A DNA stretch of 63,503 bases, filler included, from Actinomycetota bacterium (GTDB lineage Bacteria > Actinomycetota > Acidimicrobiia > Spongiisociales > UBA4744), in assembly GCA_013152275.1 (NCBI GenBank). It is 5 parts of 5 records of this genome, joined end to end, with 100 filler letters (N's around TTAATTAATTAA, not from the genome) between each part and the next. Parts side by side here need not be neighbours in the genome. Positions count along the whole stretch, not along the records: positions 7,906 to 38,043 come from JAADGS010000025.1; positions 38,144 to 45,547 come from JAADGS010000075.1; 3 more parts are not named here. One strand, 5' to 3'. This document shows positions 29,172 to 40,761 of this stretch, piece by piece. Position 1 is the first letter of the stretch; each line of letters opens with the position of its first letter. The notes below the pieces were generated by a model. The model was not told where the DNA came from. It did no database searches and saw nothing but the letters and a program-made list of their open reading frames with translations. Made by a program: the position numbers and the translations under genes.

Positions 29172-30286
29172 ATGGCAAAGGGTTTCCGATAGGGCGGGTC
29201 CACGGCATCCCGATCACCGCCGACGCTTCGTGGTTGATCATCTTCTTCTTGATCTGGATGTTCTTCTGGACCGACCTCGTCGCCGCAGCCGATCAGGGAA
29301 CCGTGGCTTCTGCAGGGGGCGCCGGCTTCTGGGTGGGTGCCCTCGTCGGGACGGTGCTGTTCTTTGGCAGCATCATCGTGCACGAACTCAGTCACTCGCT
29401 CGTCGCCGTCGGGCGAGGGATTCAAGTCAAGCGTATACATCTCTTCGTGTTTGGCGGGGTGTCGGAGATCGAAGAAGAGGCGACGACGCCTGGAGCCGAG
29501 TTCGCCATCACGATCGCCGGGCCGCTCGCTTCGGTCATTCTCGGCGCCATGTTCTTCGGGTTCTCCTTCCTCTTCGCGGACGGCACGATCGTTCGTCACC
29601 TGACGGAGCGGCTCGCCTTCGTGAATGTCGTGCTCGGCGTATTCAATCTGGCGCCCGGATTCCCTCTGGACGGCGGCCGTGTACTGCGGTCGATCGTCTG
29701 GAAGATCACGGGCGATTTCGATCGGGCGACGAGGGTTGCCGCGATGGGCGGGCGCGGGGTGGCGTTGTTGCTGGTCGTCGTCGGGGTCATCGATCTGTTT
29801 ACGAGAGGCGATCTCGGGGGTCTCTGGTGGATCGTGCTCGGCTGGTTCCTGTTTCAGGCTGCCGGTTCCGCCTTGGTGCAGATGGAGACCAAGAAGGTCC
29901 TGCATGGCGTCACGGCCGGGCAGATCATGACGCCGACACCCATCGCCGTGGACGGTGACCTCACGTTGCAGGATCTGTTCGACAACTTCTTCATGCAGCA
30001 CAACTACTCCTGTTTTCCGGTGATCGAGGGAGGGAGGGTGCGGGGGCTCATCAGCCTGCGCGAGCTTCGTGAAGTGGATCGCCGGCATTGGCCGACGGTG
30101 CGAACCTCCGACGTGATGCGGCGGCTGGAGCCCGAGGACGCCGTGTCATCCGAGACGGACGTCGAGACGCTCTTGCCCCGGCTCGTCGGGGAGGGTCGAA
30201 GGGTCGTGGTCGTGCGCGACGGCCGACTCGTCGGGATCATCTCTTCTTCCGACATCGCACGCTGGATGCAGCGTCACAAGCTCTAG
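29168..30286 (+). CDS. Site-2 protease (M50) with CBS domains
   Basis: HELSH, FNLAPGFPLDGG, C-terminal CBS pair. Confidence 0.93.
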   Translation: MNGKGFPIGRVHGIPITADASWLIIFFLIWMFFWTDLVAAADQGTVASAGGAGFWVGALVGTVLFFGSIIVHELSHSLVAVGRGIQVKRIHLFVFGGVSEIEEEATTPGAEFAITIAGPLASVILGAMFFGFSFLFADGTIVRHLTERLAFVNVVLGVFNLAPGFPLDGGRVLRSIVWKITGDFDRATRVAAMGGRGVALLLVVVGVIDLFTRGDLGGLWWIVLGWFLFQAAGSALVQMETKKVLHGVTAGQIMTPTPIAVDGDLTLQDLFDNFFMQHNYSCFPVIEGGRVRGLISLRELREVDRRHWPTVRTSDVMRRLEPEDAVSSETDVETLLPRLVGEGRRVVVVRDGRLVGIISSSDIARWMQRHKL

Positions 30287-30517
30287 GAGGATCGCTGCAC
30301 GAGGCGTACTTCGTATTTCGTATCGCGATCGGTGTCGGCGCGGAGTCACGGGGCGATCGTCGCGAATCCCGGTCACGAACGCCGTGGGAGCCAATGGCAC
30401 GAGCCGCCACGCTCGCCCCGCAACTGTGTATCGATGCGGTGCCGCGGTACCGAATACCGGTGGGCCGAATGCGGTGAGCGAAGCGAGCAACGTCCTCGTG
30501 AGGCCGCGATATCGTGA

Positions 30518-30574
30518 TTAGCACTCGTATGCGGAGAGTGCTAACCTTTAGCACTCAAGGAACAGGAGTGCTAA
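30518..30574 (+). promoter_or_regulatory. Two tandem CIRCE (HrcA) operators
   Basis: TTAGCACTC-N9-GAGTGCTAA at 30518-30544 and 30548-30574. Confidence 0.97.
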
Positions 30575-30597
30575 GGCAACTCGAAGGAGGGTTCTGC

Positions 30598-32525
<1,928 letters not shown>

Positions 32526-32542
32526 AAGACCCTCGTTCGAGG

Positions 32543-32573
32543 AAAAGCGGGGCCCTTCGGGGTCCCGCTCTTC
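32543..32573 (+). terminator. groESL terminator
   Basis: AGCGGGGCCC-TTCG-GGGTCCCGCT hairpin. Confidence 0.75.
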
Positions 32574-32702
32574 TGCGTCCATGGGGAGTCCGGCGGCGGG
32601 CTCGTCCGGCCGTGACTCGATCTGACGGCCCGGTCGGTAGGCGCACTTCGCCGATCCGGGCGAACGAGCGGCTTCCAGTCCGGTCTCGGATGTTGCGGGA
32701 GG

Positions 32703-32887
32703 GTCCCGCCGGGGGGCGGCGGCCTGTCAACGTTCACGAGGCGCTGGCGTCGACGTGAGGTTGCGATGCAAGGTAGTCGCGCCGGGGCGGCGGCCTGTCA
32801 ACGTTCGTGAGATGTTGGCGTCGACGTGAGGTTGCGATGCAAGGTAGTCCCGCCGGGCGACAGCCTGTCAACGTTCACGAGGCACTG
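32703..32887. repeat. ~71-73 bp tandem repeat, ~2.6 copies
   Basis: GCCTGTCAACGTTC...GGCGTCGACGTGAGGTTGCGATGCAAGGTAGTC unit. Confidence 0.85.
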
Positions 32888-32893
32888 TTCGCC

Positions 32894-33484
32894 TCATGAG
32901 TGGGGGATGGTGTACTGCTCGCCTTTTCGGTATTCGTGGTCGAGCAGTCCCCACACCGAGTGGTCGAGCCACTGGCCTCGGACTTTGATCTCCTCTCTGA
33001 GGACACCCTCGCGCACGAACCCCAACTTCTCCGCCACCCGCTCGCTGCCTCGGTTCCCGAGCGCGATACGCAGGATTGCTCGATGAAGGTTCATCTCGTC
33101 AAAGGCGATTTTCAGGGCTCGCCCCGTTGCCTCGGTGGCGATGCCCCTGGCCGTTTCGTCGGTGCGTACCCAGTAGCCGATCTCGCCGGTGCGGAACGAC
33201 TTGGAGAGGAACCAGATGGAGATGTTGCCGAGATGGTGACGGGGCCTCTCGGGGTCGCGGATGGCGAGATCGAACGCTTTTCCCTCTTTCCAGGAGCGGA
33301 TGCTCTCGCGTATGTATGCCTGCGCATCCAGGCGTCCGTAGCCGGCGTGCGCCCAGGGGAGCCACTGCTGGAGTTCCGGGAGCGAGGCCCTGACGGCCTC
33401 CACCAGCGGCAAGGCGTCGCGCCGTTCAAATGGCCGGAGGATGAAGCGGGGGGTCGTGCGAGCGGCGGTATCGAGAGTTTCCAC
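32894..33484 (-). CDS. GNAT acetyltransferase (RimJ/RimL type)
   Basis: EIGYWV, GIATEA, N.GS.RVAEKLGF.REG. Confidence 0.9.
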   Translation of the reverse strand: METLDTAARTTPRFILRPFERRDALPLVEAVRASLPELQQWLPWAHAGYGRLDAQAYIRESIRSWKEGKAFDLAIRDPERPRHHLGNISIWFLSKSFRTGEIGYWVRTDETARGIATEATGRALKIAFDEMNLHRAILRIALGNRGSERVAEKLGFVREGVLREEIKVRGQWLDHSVWGLLDHEYRKGEQYTIPHS

Positions 33485-33520
33485 TGTTGCACAGCCTATC
33501 GCCCGTCGTACGATGCTTGG

Positions 33521-34060
33521 GTGCACAGGTTGAATATCCACGGGGTGAGCGCCGAGGCTCCGAATACGGGCGGCCCGTCCGCCGCCGTTCTCGTGCCGAT
33601 CTATCGCGAGGACGGGGCGGCTCATCTGATCATGATCAAGCGCCCCATGTCCATGCCGACCCACGCGGGGGATATCGCCTTTCCCGGAGGAAGGCCGGAC
33701 CCGGGTGACGCAGGTCCCGTCGCGACGGCGCTCAGGGAGGCCGAGGAGGAGGTCGGGATCATTCCCGGAGATGTGAATCTTCTCGGCTTTCTTCCGGCGG
33801 TCGATACGGTGCAGTACCGACTTCCGGTCGTGCCGGTCGTCGGGTTCCTCGATGGTGTTCCGGATCTGCATCCTTCCGAGCGGGAGGTCGACAGGCTGTT
33901 CCGAACTCCGCTCGACGAACTGCGCGACGAGTCGGCCTGGCGTTGCGAGATGTGGTGGGGGCACCCGGTGTGGTTCTTCGATCTCGATGGCGATGTGCTG
34001 TGGGGGGCTACGGCATGGATGGTGCGCGAGCTGCTGGGTTTGTCGCTTTCCTGTCAATAG
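33521..34060 (+). CDS. CoA pyrophosphatase (NUDIX)
   Basis: AAVLVP, HAGDIAFPGG, ALREAEEEVG, WGATA. Confidence 0.9.
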   Translation: MHRLNIHGVSAEAPNTGGPSAAVLVPIYREDGAAHLIMIKRPMSMPTHAGDIAFPGGRPDPGDAGPVATALREAEEEVGIIPGDVNLLGFLPAVDTVQYRLPVVPVVGFLDGVPDLHPSEREVDRLFRTPLDELRDESAWRCEMWWGHPVWFFDLDGDVLWGATAWMVRELLGLSLSCQ

Positions 34061-34155
34061 CAACGTCGGATAGCGACGCCAACATTGACGAGAAACCTCC
34101 AGCCCGATTCCTGTCAATAGCAGCGTCGGATAGCGACGCCGGCATTGACAAGAAA
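34048..34155. repeat. 60-bp palindromic repeat, 2 copies (left)
   Basis: GTCAATAGCAGCGTCGGATAGCGACGCCGGCATTGAC core. Confidence 0.9.
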
Positions 34156-34199
34156 TGTGAGGGTCTTCCCTTGCAGGCCGATTCTTGCTACGTAGAGGT

Positions 34200-35132
34200 G
34201 TGACTCCAGATCAGCAGATCGCCACTCTCGCACGTTCCCAGCACGGCGTCATTACACGTCGTCAGGCGCGAGATGCCGGTTTGTCATCATCGGGGGTAGA
34301 TCGCAGGCTTCGTAGGGGGCACTTCCTTTCCGTGTATCCCGGCGTCTTCACCTTGAGTGGCGTTCCGTCGTCCCGCCTCCAGGGCCTGATGGCTGCCGTT
34401 CTGTCGACCGGCGCGGGCGCAGTCGCTTCACACGGCAGCGCTGCCGGACTCCTGGGGATGCTGCCCTGGCCCCGACAGATGCACGTTGCCATCAGACGTG
34501 GACGCTGGTCTCCCAAGACCTTCGTAGTCCATCGGTCCACAGACTTGGCGCCGGATCAGACGATGCTTCTGCGTTGCATTCCTACGACGGGACCCGCGCG
34601 TACGATCGTCGATCTTGGAGCAGCCGTGGGGCGACGGACCGTTGCCCTGGCCTTCGACAAAGCGTTGCGTGACCGACTTGTCACACTCGAAAGGGTGGCG
34701 GAGGTGATCGATGATGTCGCGCGTCAGGGTCGGACAGGAGTAGGCACGGCAAGGGCGTTGTTGGAGATCCGACTGAAGTGGCGAGGCGATACCGAAAGCC
34801 CTCTGGAGGATCTATTGCGTCAGCTCTTGGCAGACGCCGGTTTGCCGATTCCCATGGCGCAGCATCCGGTCCGGGATCGACTGGGGGTGATCGTTGCGAG
34901 GCTCGACTTTGCCTATCCGGAGAGGAAACTGGGGATTGAACTCGATGGCTTCCGATTCCACAGCGATCCGAAGACATTTGCGGACGATCGAGTCCGACAG
35001 AATGCCGTTCTGTCTGCAGGCTACCGCCTCTTGCGGTACACGGCTCGGGACCTTCGAGATACCCCGCAGCGCGTCGTGGCCGAGGTTGCCAGGTCGCTCG
35101 CCGAACTTCCCGTCAATAGCAGCGTCGGATAG
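34200..35132 (+). CDS. AbiEi-like N-terminal domain + DUF559 (Vsr-like) endonuclease protein
   Basis: QHGVITRRQ, ASHGSAA.L.G, ESPLE, LDFAYP, IELDG..FH, D..RQN. Confidence 0.88.
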   Translation: MTPDQQIATLARSQHGVITRRQARDAGLSSSGVDRRLRRGHFLSVYPGVFTLSGVPSSRLQGLMAAVLSTGAGAVASHGSAAGLLGMLPWPRQMHVAIRRGRWSPKTFVVHRSTDLAPDQTMLLRCIPTTGPARTIVDLGAAVGRRTVALAFDKALRDRLVTLERVAEVIDDVARQGRTGVGTARALLEIRLKWRGDTESPLEDLLRQLLADAGLPIPMAQHPVRDRLGVIVARLDFAYPERKLGIELDGFRFHSDPKTFADDRVRQNAVLSAGYRLLRYTARDLRDTPQRVVAEVARSLAELPVNSSVG

Positions 35133-35218
35133 CGACGCCGGCATTGACGAGAAACCTCCAGCCCGATTCCTGTCAATAGCAGCGTCGGATAGCGACGCCG
35201 GCATTGACGAGAAACCTC
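35107..35218. repeat. 60-bp palindromic repeat, 2 copies (right)
   Basis: Near-identical to 34048-34155, same orientation. Confidence 0.9.
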
Positions 35219-36647
35219 AAATCAGGTTGGCCGTCTCTCGGATCAGCTCCCAGGCCCGTCGGACGTGGCGCTCTTCGGTGCGGGTCTGACCGATCGACAT
35301 CCGTAACGTGAACTTCCCGTCGAGCCTCGTGTGGGTGAGAAACAACCGGCCCGAGGCGTTGAGCCGGTTCATGATCGCCTCGTTGCGCTCGTCACCTTCG
35401 CGATGCCGGAAGCAGACCAGGTTCAGCGGCACCGGGGCGGCCAGCTCGAAGTCGGGATCGCCGGCGACCCACTCGGCGAACTCCTGGGCCAGGCGCAGGT
35501 GCTCTCGCACAATCGCCTGGAGACCCTCCACGCCGTAATGGCGGATGACGAACCACAGCTTGAGCGCCCGGAAACGCCTTCCGAGCGGCACGTGCCAGTC
35601 CCGATAGTCGAACACCTCGCCCGACTCGGACGCCTGGTTGCGCAGGTACTCGGGCAGGATGCTCAGCGTGCGGATCAGCACGGAGCGGTCCGCGACGAAG
35701 AAGGCGGTGCAGTCGAAGTTCGTCAGCATCCACTTGTGGGGGTTGAACACGTAACTGTCCGCCATCTCCAGCCCGTCGTGGATCCAGCGCATCTCCGGCA
35801 GCAGTGCCGCCGTTCCCGCGAGTGCGGCGTCGACGTGAAACCAGACACCGTGCCGGCGGCAGATCTCTCCGATGGCCCGTATCGGATCGATCGCCGTCGA
35901 CGAGGTCGTCCCGACCGTCGCGCTCACGAACGCGGGGATCAGCCCCGCTTCCAGATCGGCGCGAATCGCAGCATCCAACGCCTCGGGGATCATGGCGAAC
36001 GTGTCGTCCACGTCGATCATCCGAAGTCGATCGGATCCGATACCGACGACTCTGATCGCCTTCTCCAGCGAAGAGTGCGCCTGCGTCGACGTGTAGGCCA
36101 CGAGCCGTGGATCGACTCCCTCACGATTCGACACGAACCCCGTTGCCCGTTCTCTGGCCGCCAGCAGGGCGGTGAGGGTCGCCGAGGAGGCCGAATCCTG
36201 GATGACGCCACCGCCTGCGCCGCTCGAGAGGAACCGTTCGGGGAGGCCGAGCATTTCGATGAGCCAGTCCATGACATGCGTCTCGAGTTCCGTTGCCGCC
36301 GGACTGGTCGTCCACAGCATGCCTTGGACCCCCAGGCCGGACGAGACCAGATCTCCGAGGACGGCGGGCCCCGAGCTGTTCGCGGGGAAGTAGGCAAAGA
36401 AGTTGGGCGACTGCCAGTGGGTGATCCCGGGGAGGATGATGTCGTCGAGGTCACCGAGGATCTCTCCGAACGGTTCTCCCTGGTGTGGCGGGCTCTGCGG
36501 CAGCGCGGCACGGATCTCTCCTGGCCGTACCTGCGAGAGGACCGGCAGATCCTCGACCCGTTCCAGGTAGTCGGCGATCCAGTCGATCACCGCTCGCCCG
36601 TGTCGCCGGAACTCATCCGAGGTCATGTGGTAGTCGCCGGGGTTCAT
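35217..36647 (-). CDS. Aromatic L-amino acid decarboxylase family (PLP group II)
   Basis: THWQSP, SPAATELE, HVDAA, NPHKW, RRFRALK. Confidence 0.93.
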   Translation of the reverse strand: MNPGDYHMTSDEFRRHGRAVIDWIADYLERVEDLPVLSQVRPGEIRAALPQSPPHQGEPFGEILGDLDDIILPGITHWQSPNFFAYFPANSSGPAVLGDLVSSGLGVQGMLWTTSPAATELETHVMDWLIEMLGLPERFLSSGAGGGVIQDSASSATLTALLAARERATGFVSNREGVDPRLVAYTSTQAHSSLEKAIRVVGIGSDRLRMIDVDDTFAMIPEALDAAIRADLEAGLIPAFVSATVGTTSSTAIDPIRAIGEICRRHGVWFHVDAALAGTAALLPEMRWIHDGLEMADSYVFNPHKWMLTNFDCTAFFVADRSVLIRTLSILPEYLRNQASESGEVFDYRDWHVPLGRRFRALKLWFVIRHYGVEGLQAIVREHLRLAQEFAEWVAGDPDFELAAPVPLNLVCFRHREGDERNEAIMNRLNASGRLFLTHTRLDGKFTLRMSIGQTRTEERHVRRAWELIRETANLI

Positions 36648-36656
36648 GGACGCAGG

Positions 36657-37643
36657 TTATCGCCGTTCCTGCCGCCGGTACACCTCGGGGTTCGCGCATG
36701 CCGGCATCGGATCGCCTCGCAGGCCGGCGATGAGGTTCTCTGCGGCGAGGTCCGCCATGGCGATCCTCGTTGCCACCGTGGCAGATCCGAGGTGCGGAAC
36801 GACCACGCAGTTGGGGAGGGTCAGGAGCGGATCGTCGGGAGGGATCGGCTCCGGGTCCGTCACATCGAGTGCGGCCGCTGCGATCTCACCGGTACGCAGT
36901 GCCCACTCGAGCGCACGGGGGTCCACGATGGCTCCCCGGGCGATGTTGGTCAGTGTGGCCGTCGGCTTCATGCGTCGAAACGCGTCCTTTCCGATCAGGT
37001 GATGCGTCTCGGCGGTGAGCGGGCAGGCAACCAGCACGTGGTCCGCCTCTTCGAGCAGGGCCTGCAGGGTCCTGTGCTCGACGCCGAGGGCGGCCTCGAC
37101 CTGCGGACGACGGCTGCGGCTGCTGTACCGGACCTGCATTTCGAACCCGACGGCACGCTTTGCGACGGCGGTGCCGATGCGGCCGAGACCGATGATGCCG
37201 AGCGTCGTCGCGTGAACCTGCGCTCCGAGCAGCAACGCCGGTTCCCACCGCTGCCACTTCCCTGCCTTGACGTAGTCGACGCCTTCCACGACGCGTCGGG
37301 CTGCGCTCAGCAGCAATGCAAATGCCATGTCGGCGGTCGCCTCGGTCAACACGTCGGGTGTGTGACCCACCGCGATGCCCCGCCGGGTGCACGCCACCAG
37401 GTCGATGTTGTCTGTTCCGACGGCCATCGTGCTGATGGCTCGCAGCCTCGGCGCCGCATCGAGCACGTCGGTGTCGATCGAGTCGGTGAGCATGCAGAGC
37501 AGACCGTCCGCCTCTCGGATCTCGGCGAGCAGACGATCTCGCGGCAGCGCGCGGTCTTCCGGCCATGTCCAGACGGTGCCGGCATTCTCGAGCCGCTCTA
37601 CGGCTGATCCCGGCGGTCTGCGGGTGACGACGATTCGGGTCAT
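36657..37643 (-). CDS. D-2-hydroxyacid dehydrogenase (glyoxylate reductase type)
   Basis: GLGRIG, NIARG, LDVTDPEP, PHLGSAT. Confidence 0.92.
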   Translation of the reverse strand: MTRIVVTRRPPGSAVERLENAGTVWTWPEDRALPRDRLLAEIREADGLLCMLTDSIDTDVLDAAPRLRAISTMAVGTDNIDLVACTRRGIAVGHTPDVLTEATADMAFALLLSAARRVVEGVDYVKAGKWQRWEPALLLGAQVHATTLGIIGLGRIGTAVAKRAVGFEMQVRYSSRSRRPQVEAALGVEHRTLQALLEEADHVLVACPLTAETHHLIGKDAFRRMKPTATLTNIARGAIVDPRALEWALRTGEIAAAALDVTDPEPIPPDDPLLTLPNCVVVPHLGSATVATRIAMADLAAENLIAGLRGDPMPACANPEVYRRQERR

Positions 37644-37670
37644 TGGAACGATGGTACCGACCCGGAAACC

Positions 37671-37721
37671 TTGAACCCAGGGCTCGTATGCGTCGTCACG
37701 ACCCCCCTGAGCCCTGGGTTC
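37671..37721. repeat. Palindromic REP-like element copy 3 (degenerate)
   Basis: TTGAACCCAGGGCTCGTATGCGTCGTCACGACCCCCCTGAGCCCTGGGTTC. Confidence 0.8.
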
Positions 37722-37776
37722 GCCGATTGGGGGGTTCTGAAGCTGGAATCCCGGCGGGTTCTTCGGTAGCCTCCCA

Positions 37777-37818
37777 ATGGTGAATGTGCATGTACCCGCG
37801 CGGTGGTGGCCCTGCTGA
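37777..37818 (+). promoter_or_regulatory. Trp leader peptide (MVNVHVPARWWPC)
   Basis: 13-codon uORF with TGG TGG upstream of trpS; TAGCCT -10 at 37767. Confidence 0.75.
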
Positions 37819-38043
<225 letters not shown>

Positions 38044-38143
38044 NNNNNNNNNNNNNNNNNNNNNNNNNNNNNNNNNNNNNNNNNNNNTTAATTAATTAAN
38101 NNNNNNNNNNNNNNNNNNNNNNNNNNNNNNNNNNNNNNNNNNN
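38044..38143. other. Artificial contig linker
   Basis: N-run with TTAATTAATTAA. Confidence 0.98.
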
Positions 38144-38659
38144 ATGCCGAAGACGTCGCGCAACAGGTGTTCCTGGTTGCATTTGTGCACCGAGACGAGT
38201 TCGAGTTCGACAGGGAGGACGCACGGCCGTGGCTCTGCGGCATCGCTCGAAATCTTTGCGGCCGCCATTTCCGTACCCAGTGGCAGATTCGACACTTGAC
38301 ACATCGGCTTCCACCCCCCCCCATCGGTCTCCGTGCCCGATATCGCCGTCGCCAGGCGGGTGGATGCACAGCGTCTGCGGGGACCCCTCTACGCGGCGAT
38401 ATGCGAACTGTCGCCGTCACAGGCAGAGACTCTCATCCTGCATGCAATTGACGACCTCACTCACAAAGAAATTGCAGCTCTACTCGACATCAAGGTCGGA
38501 ACCGTGAAGTCCCGACTGTCGCGTGCCAAGGCACAGATCCGCACATGTTGGGACACCGAAACGCACGGAGAGATAGGCCCGGACGGTCGCCCCACTGTGA
38601 AACCGGCCGAGGGATGGACCCCTGATGGAACCCAAAACGGTTCAGATGGCAATACATAG
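38144..38659 (+). pseudogene. ECF sigma-70 factor, frameshifted at C9 tract (5' partial)
   Basis: Region 2 (AEDVAQQVFL...RPWLCGIARN) and region 4 (EIAALLDIKVGTVKSRLSRA) in different frames; C9 at 38314-38322. Confidence 0.85.
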
Positions 38660-38676
38660 TGAGTACCGCAAACGCG
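38624..38676 (+). promoter_or_regulatory. Conserved ~53-bp module copy 1 (putative ECF promoter)
   Basis: GATGGAACCCAAAACGGTTCAGATGGCAATACATAGTGAGTACCGCAAACGCG. Confidence 0.75.
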
Positions 38677-38705
38677 GTGCCGAAAACTATAGAAGGGAGA
38701 AGATA

Positions 38706-39062
38706 GTGAGACGACCAATCACCGTGCTGGCGATGGCGATCATGCTGGTGTTGACCAGCATGACGGTTGCCTCGGCCGTTACCGTCGAGAAGAGTGTTAA
38801 CGGTGGCTGCCGCATCGGTGCACAGGCCTACGAAAGTTGGACAAAGGCGACACACGTTTCCTATGACGACAACGGAGGATGCGCCAAGATCGCACAGAAG
38901 AACAAACGTAGGTGCTGGGGCAGCAACTACACATACAGCACGCAATACACCTCTGCAGAGGTCATCGACCTGCGTTACGCCGGTTGTGATGCTCTCTACA
39001 CAATCACGTACGCCAAGGATGTCAATTGGAACTACCTCGGTTCCGTGAAGGCTGAGGTCTGA
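38706..39062 (+). CDS. Small secreted Cys-containing protein (118 aa)
   Basis: Purine-rich RBS, signal peptide ending ASA, 4 Cys, Tyr-rich. Confidence 0.8.
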   Translation: MRRPITVLAMAIMLVLTSMTVASAVTVEKSVNGGCRIGAQAYESWTKATHVSYDDNGGCAKIAQKNKRRCWGSNYTYSTQYTSAEVIDLRYAGCDALYTITYAKDVNWNYLGSVKAEV

Positions 39063-39077
39063 TGGCATTGCACGTCG

Positions 39078-39115
39078 CAACGGGGGGTCCGCCTATCATT
39101 GGCGACCCCCCCGTT
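39078..39115 (+). terminator. Intergenic stem-loop
   Basis: AACGGGGGGT...ACCCCCCGTT inverted repeat. Confidence 0.55.
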
Positions 39116-39139
39116 CACTACCCGGGGACTCGGTGGCCG

Positions 39140-39655
39140 ATGTCGAAAACACTACGCAGCATCGTCTGGATTGTCGCAGCGTTTGCGCTTGTGGCTTCGG
39201 CGTGTTCATCAACCACTACACCCGAGGTGGTCGAACCGGCGGGAGCAGTTTCGTTCGCCGATCTTGAGGCCGCGGCGCTTGCTACCGCCGACTGTATGCG
39301 GGGCGCCGGATTGGAGGTCACGCGCCCTCCCGACTACAACCCGGATGCGTTCGTCTTCGGTTTCGAGTGGCGCGACGGAAGTCTTGGCGAGGAGGAGCAG
39401 GACTCTATATTCCGGAAATGTTCGGAGGAGCACTATGAACCCATCAGCGCGTTGTGGTTGGATGCCAATCAAGCCGAGATCGATGCGCAGAATCGGGCGC
39501 TCGATGAAGGCATCATTCTCTGTCTGCGTGATAGGGGGATCGAGGTGACCGAATTGACACCGGCGACCCGTGACGAACTGGACACCACGAACCCAGGTGC
39601 GCGACGTGAATGCCTTCTTGAATACCTCGACAGCCGACAGTCGTCGGGCGGATAG
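39140..39655 (+). CDS. Lipoprotein with repeated C(M/L)xxxG motif
   Basis: Lipobox ASAC; CMRGAG and CLRDRG. Confidence 0.8.
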   Translation: MSKTLRSIVWIVAAFALVASACSSTTTPEVVEPAGAVSFADLEAAALATADCMRGAGLEVTRPPDYNPDAFVFGFEWRDGSLGEEEQDSIFRKCSEEHYEPISALWLDANQAEIDAQNRALDEGIILCLRDRGIEVTELTPATRDELDTTNPGARRECLLEYLDSRQSSGG

Positions 39656-39711
39656 GACATCACATTTCCAACAAACGTTCCTCGCGCCCGTATCTGGTTG
39701 CCGCCGCGGCT

Positions 39712-40761
39712 TTGCTGGGGCTTCTTGTTCCGTCCGCGGTGCTTGCGTTCGTTCTCATGGCTGATGATCAGCGGCCGCTGCAACAAGATATCGATCCGCA
39801 ACCGGTGGTTCTCCCGACTTCGGACGGTACCGTGACGGGAGTCCAGCCCGTTATCGTCAACCTGTTCTGGGGTACACCTACCACCGCTGTGAGCCAAGGT
39901 GGAAACGGAATTGTGACGTCAGTTGACGTCACAACCGGCGGCGTTCTCAGGAACGGCGATCAGATCGCAACGGTTTCTGGCAGGCCCGTCCTTGTCCTGG
40001 TGGCGCCCGAACCGATGTACCGGCCCCTAGCTCTCGGTGACGAAGGTCCCGATGTTGTAGCCCTCGCCGGTGTACTCACCGACTTGGGTTATCTGGAATC
40101 TGCTGCTCAGCGCCCTGAGCAGGTGGATCGAGAGTTGTCCGACGCCATCGCGGCGTTCAATGAATCCGCCGGGAAGAAGCAATTCCGCTACAACTCTCGG
40201 GGGCGGATAGTCGGACCTGAGTTCGACTACCGGCTCCTCGCATGGCTCGGTCCGGTCGAGATGGTCGTTGGCGCGATCGCTATCGAACCCGGCCGACCCT
40301 GGCCAGCCGCCGGCGAAACGTTCCTGAGCAGCGAGCCGAGATTGGTGTCCGCTGCGGTAGCCGTCAGTCGAGAGGACGGCTCTTTCGTGTCGGTCGATGA
40401 GACGTACATTCTTGAGATCGAAGGTGTCCAGCTGCCGCTGACGTACCAGGGTCAGGTCGAAGACTTGTCACTGGATCAGCTTGTGGGGGTGCTTCCTCGT
40501 CGCGGATCTGAGGAGAGTATCCAGGGCACCATCCGACTTGCTTCACCTGGCCAGGCTCTGAAGATCGCGCCATCAGCCATCGTGAGCGACGGCTCAATCC
40601 TGTGTGTGTTCGTCCCACAGGGCGACGACCGTTTCGAGCCGATCGCGGTTGCGATCCTTGACTCCTCATTCGGTGTGACGCTCATTGCTCCCGATCCCCG
40701 GATCGACGCGGTAGTGGTGAACCCGCAGGATGTCTTCGACCGGGCGTCATGCAACTCGTAG
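39712..40761 (+). CDS. Peptidoglycan-binding / membrane-fusion-like adaptor
   Basis: YRPLALGDEGPDV..L...LTDLGY motif; precedes ABC genes; start uncertain. Confidence 0.75.
   Translation: MLGLLVPSAVLAFVLMADDQRPLQQDIDPQPVVLPTSDGTVTGVQPVIVNLFWGTPTTAVSQGGNGIVTSVDVTTGGVLRNGDQIATVSGRPVLVLVAPEPMYRPLALGDEGPDVVALAGVLTDLGYLESAAQRPEQVDRELSDAIAAFNESAGKKQFRYNSRGRIVGPEFDYRLLAWLGPVEMVVGAIAIEPGRPWPAAGETFLSSEPRLVSAAVAVSREDGSFVSVDETYILEIEGVQLPLTYQGQVEDLSLDQLVGVLPRRGSEESIQGTIRLASPGQALKIAPSAIVSDGSILCVFVPQGDDRFEPIAVAILDSSFGVTLIAPDPRIDAVVVNPQDVFDRASCNS

Noticed and set aside
34048..35218. 60-bp repeats as a CRISPR array
   Set aside because: Linkers are identical rather than unique spacers, only two copies per side, no cas genes
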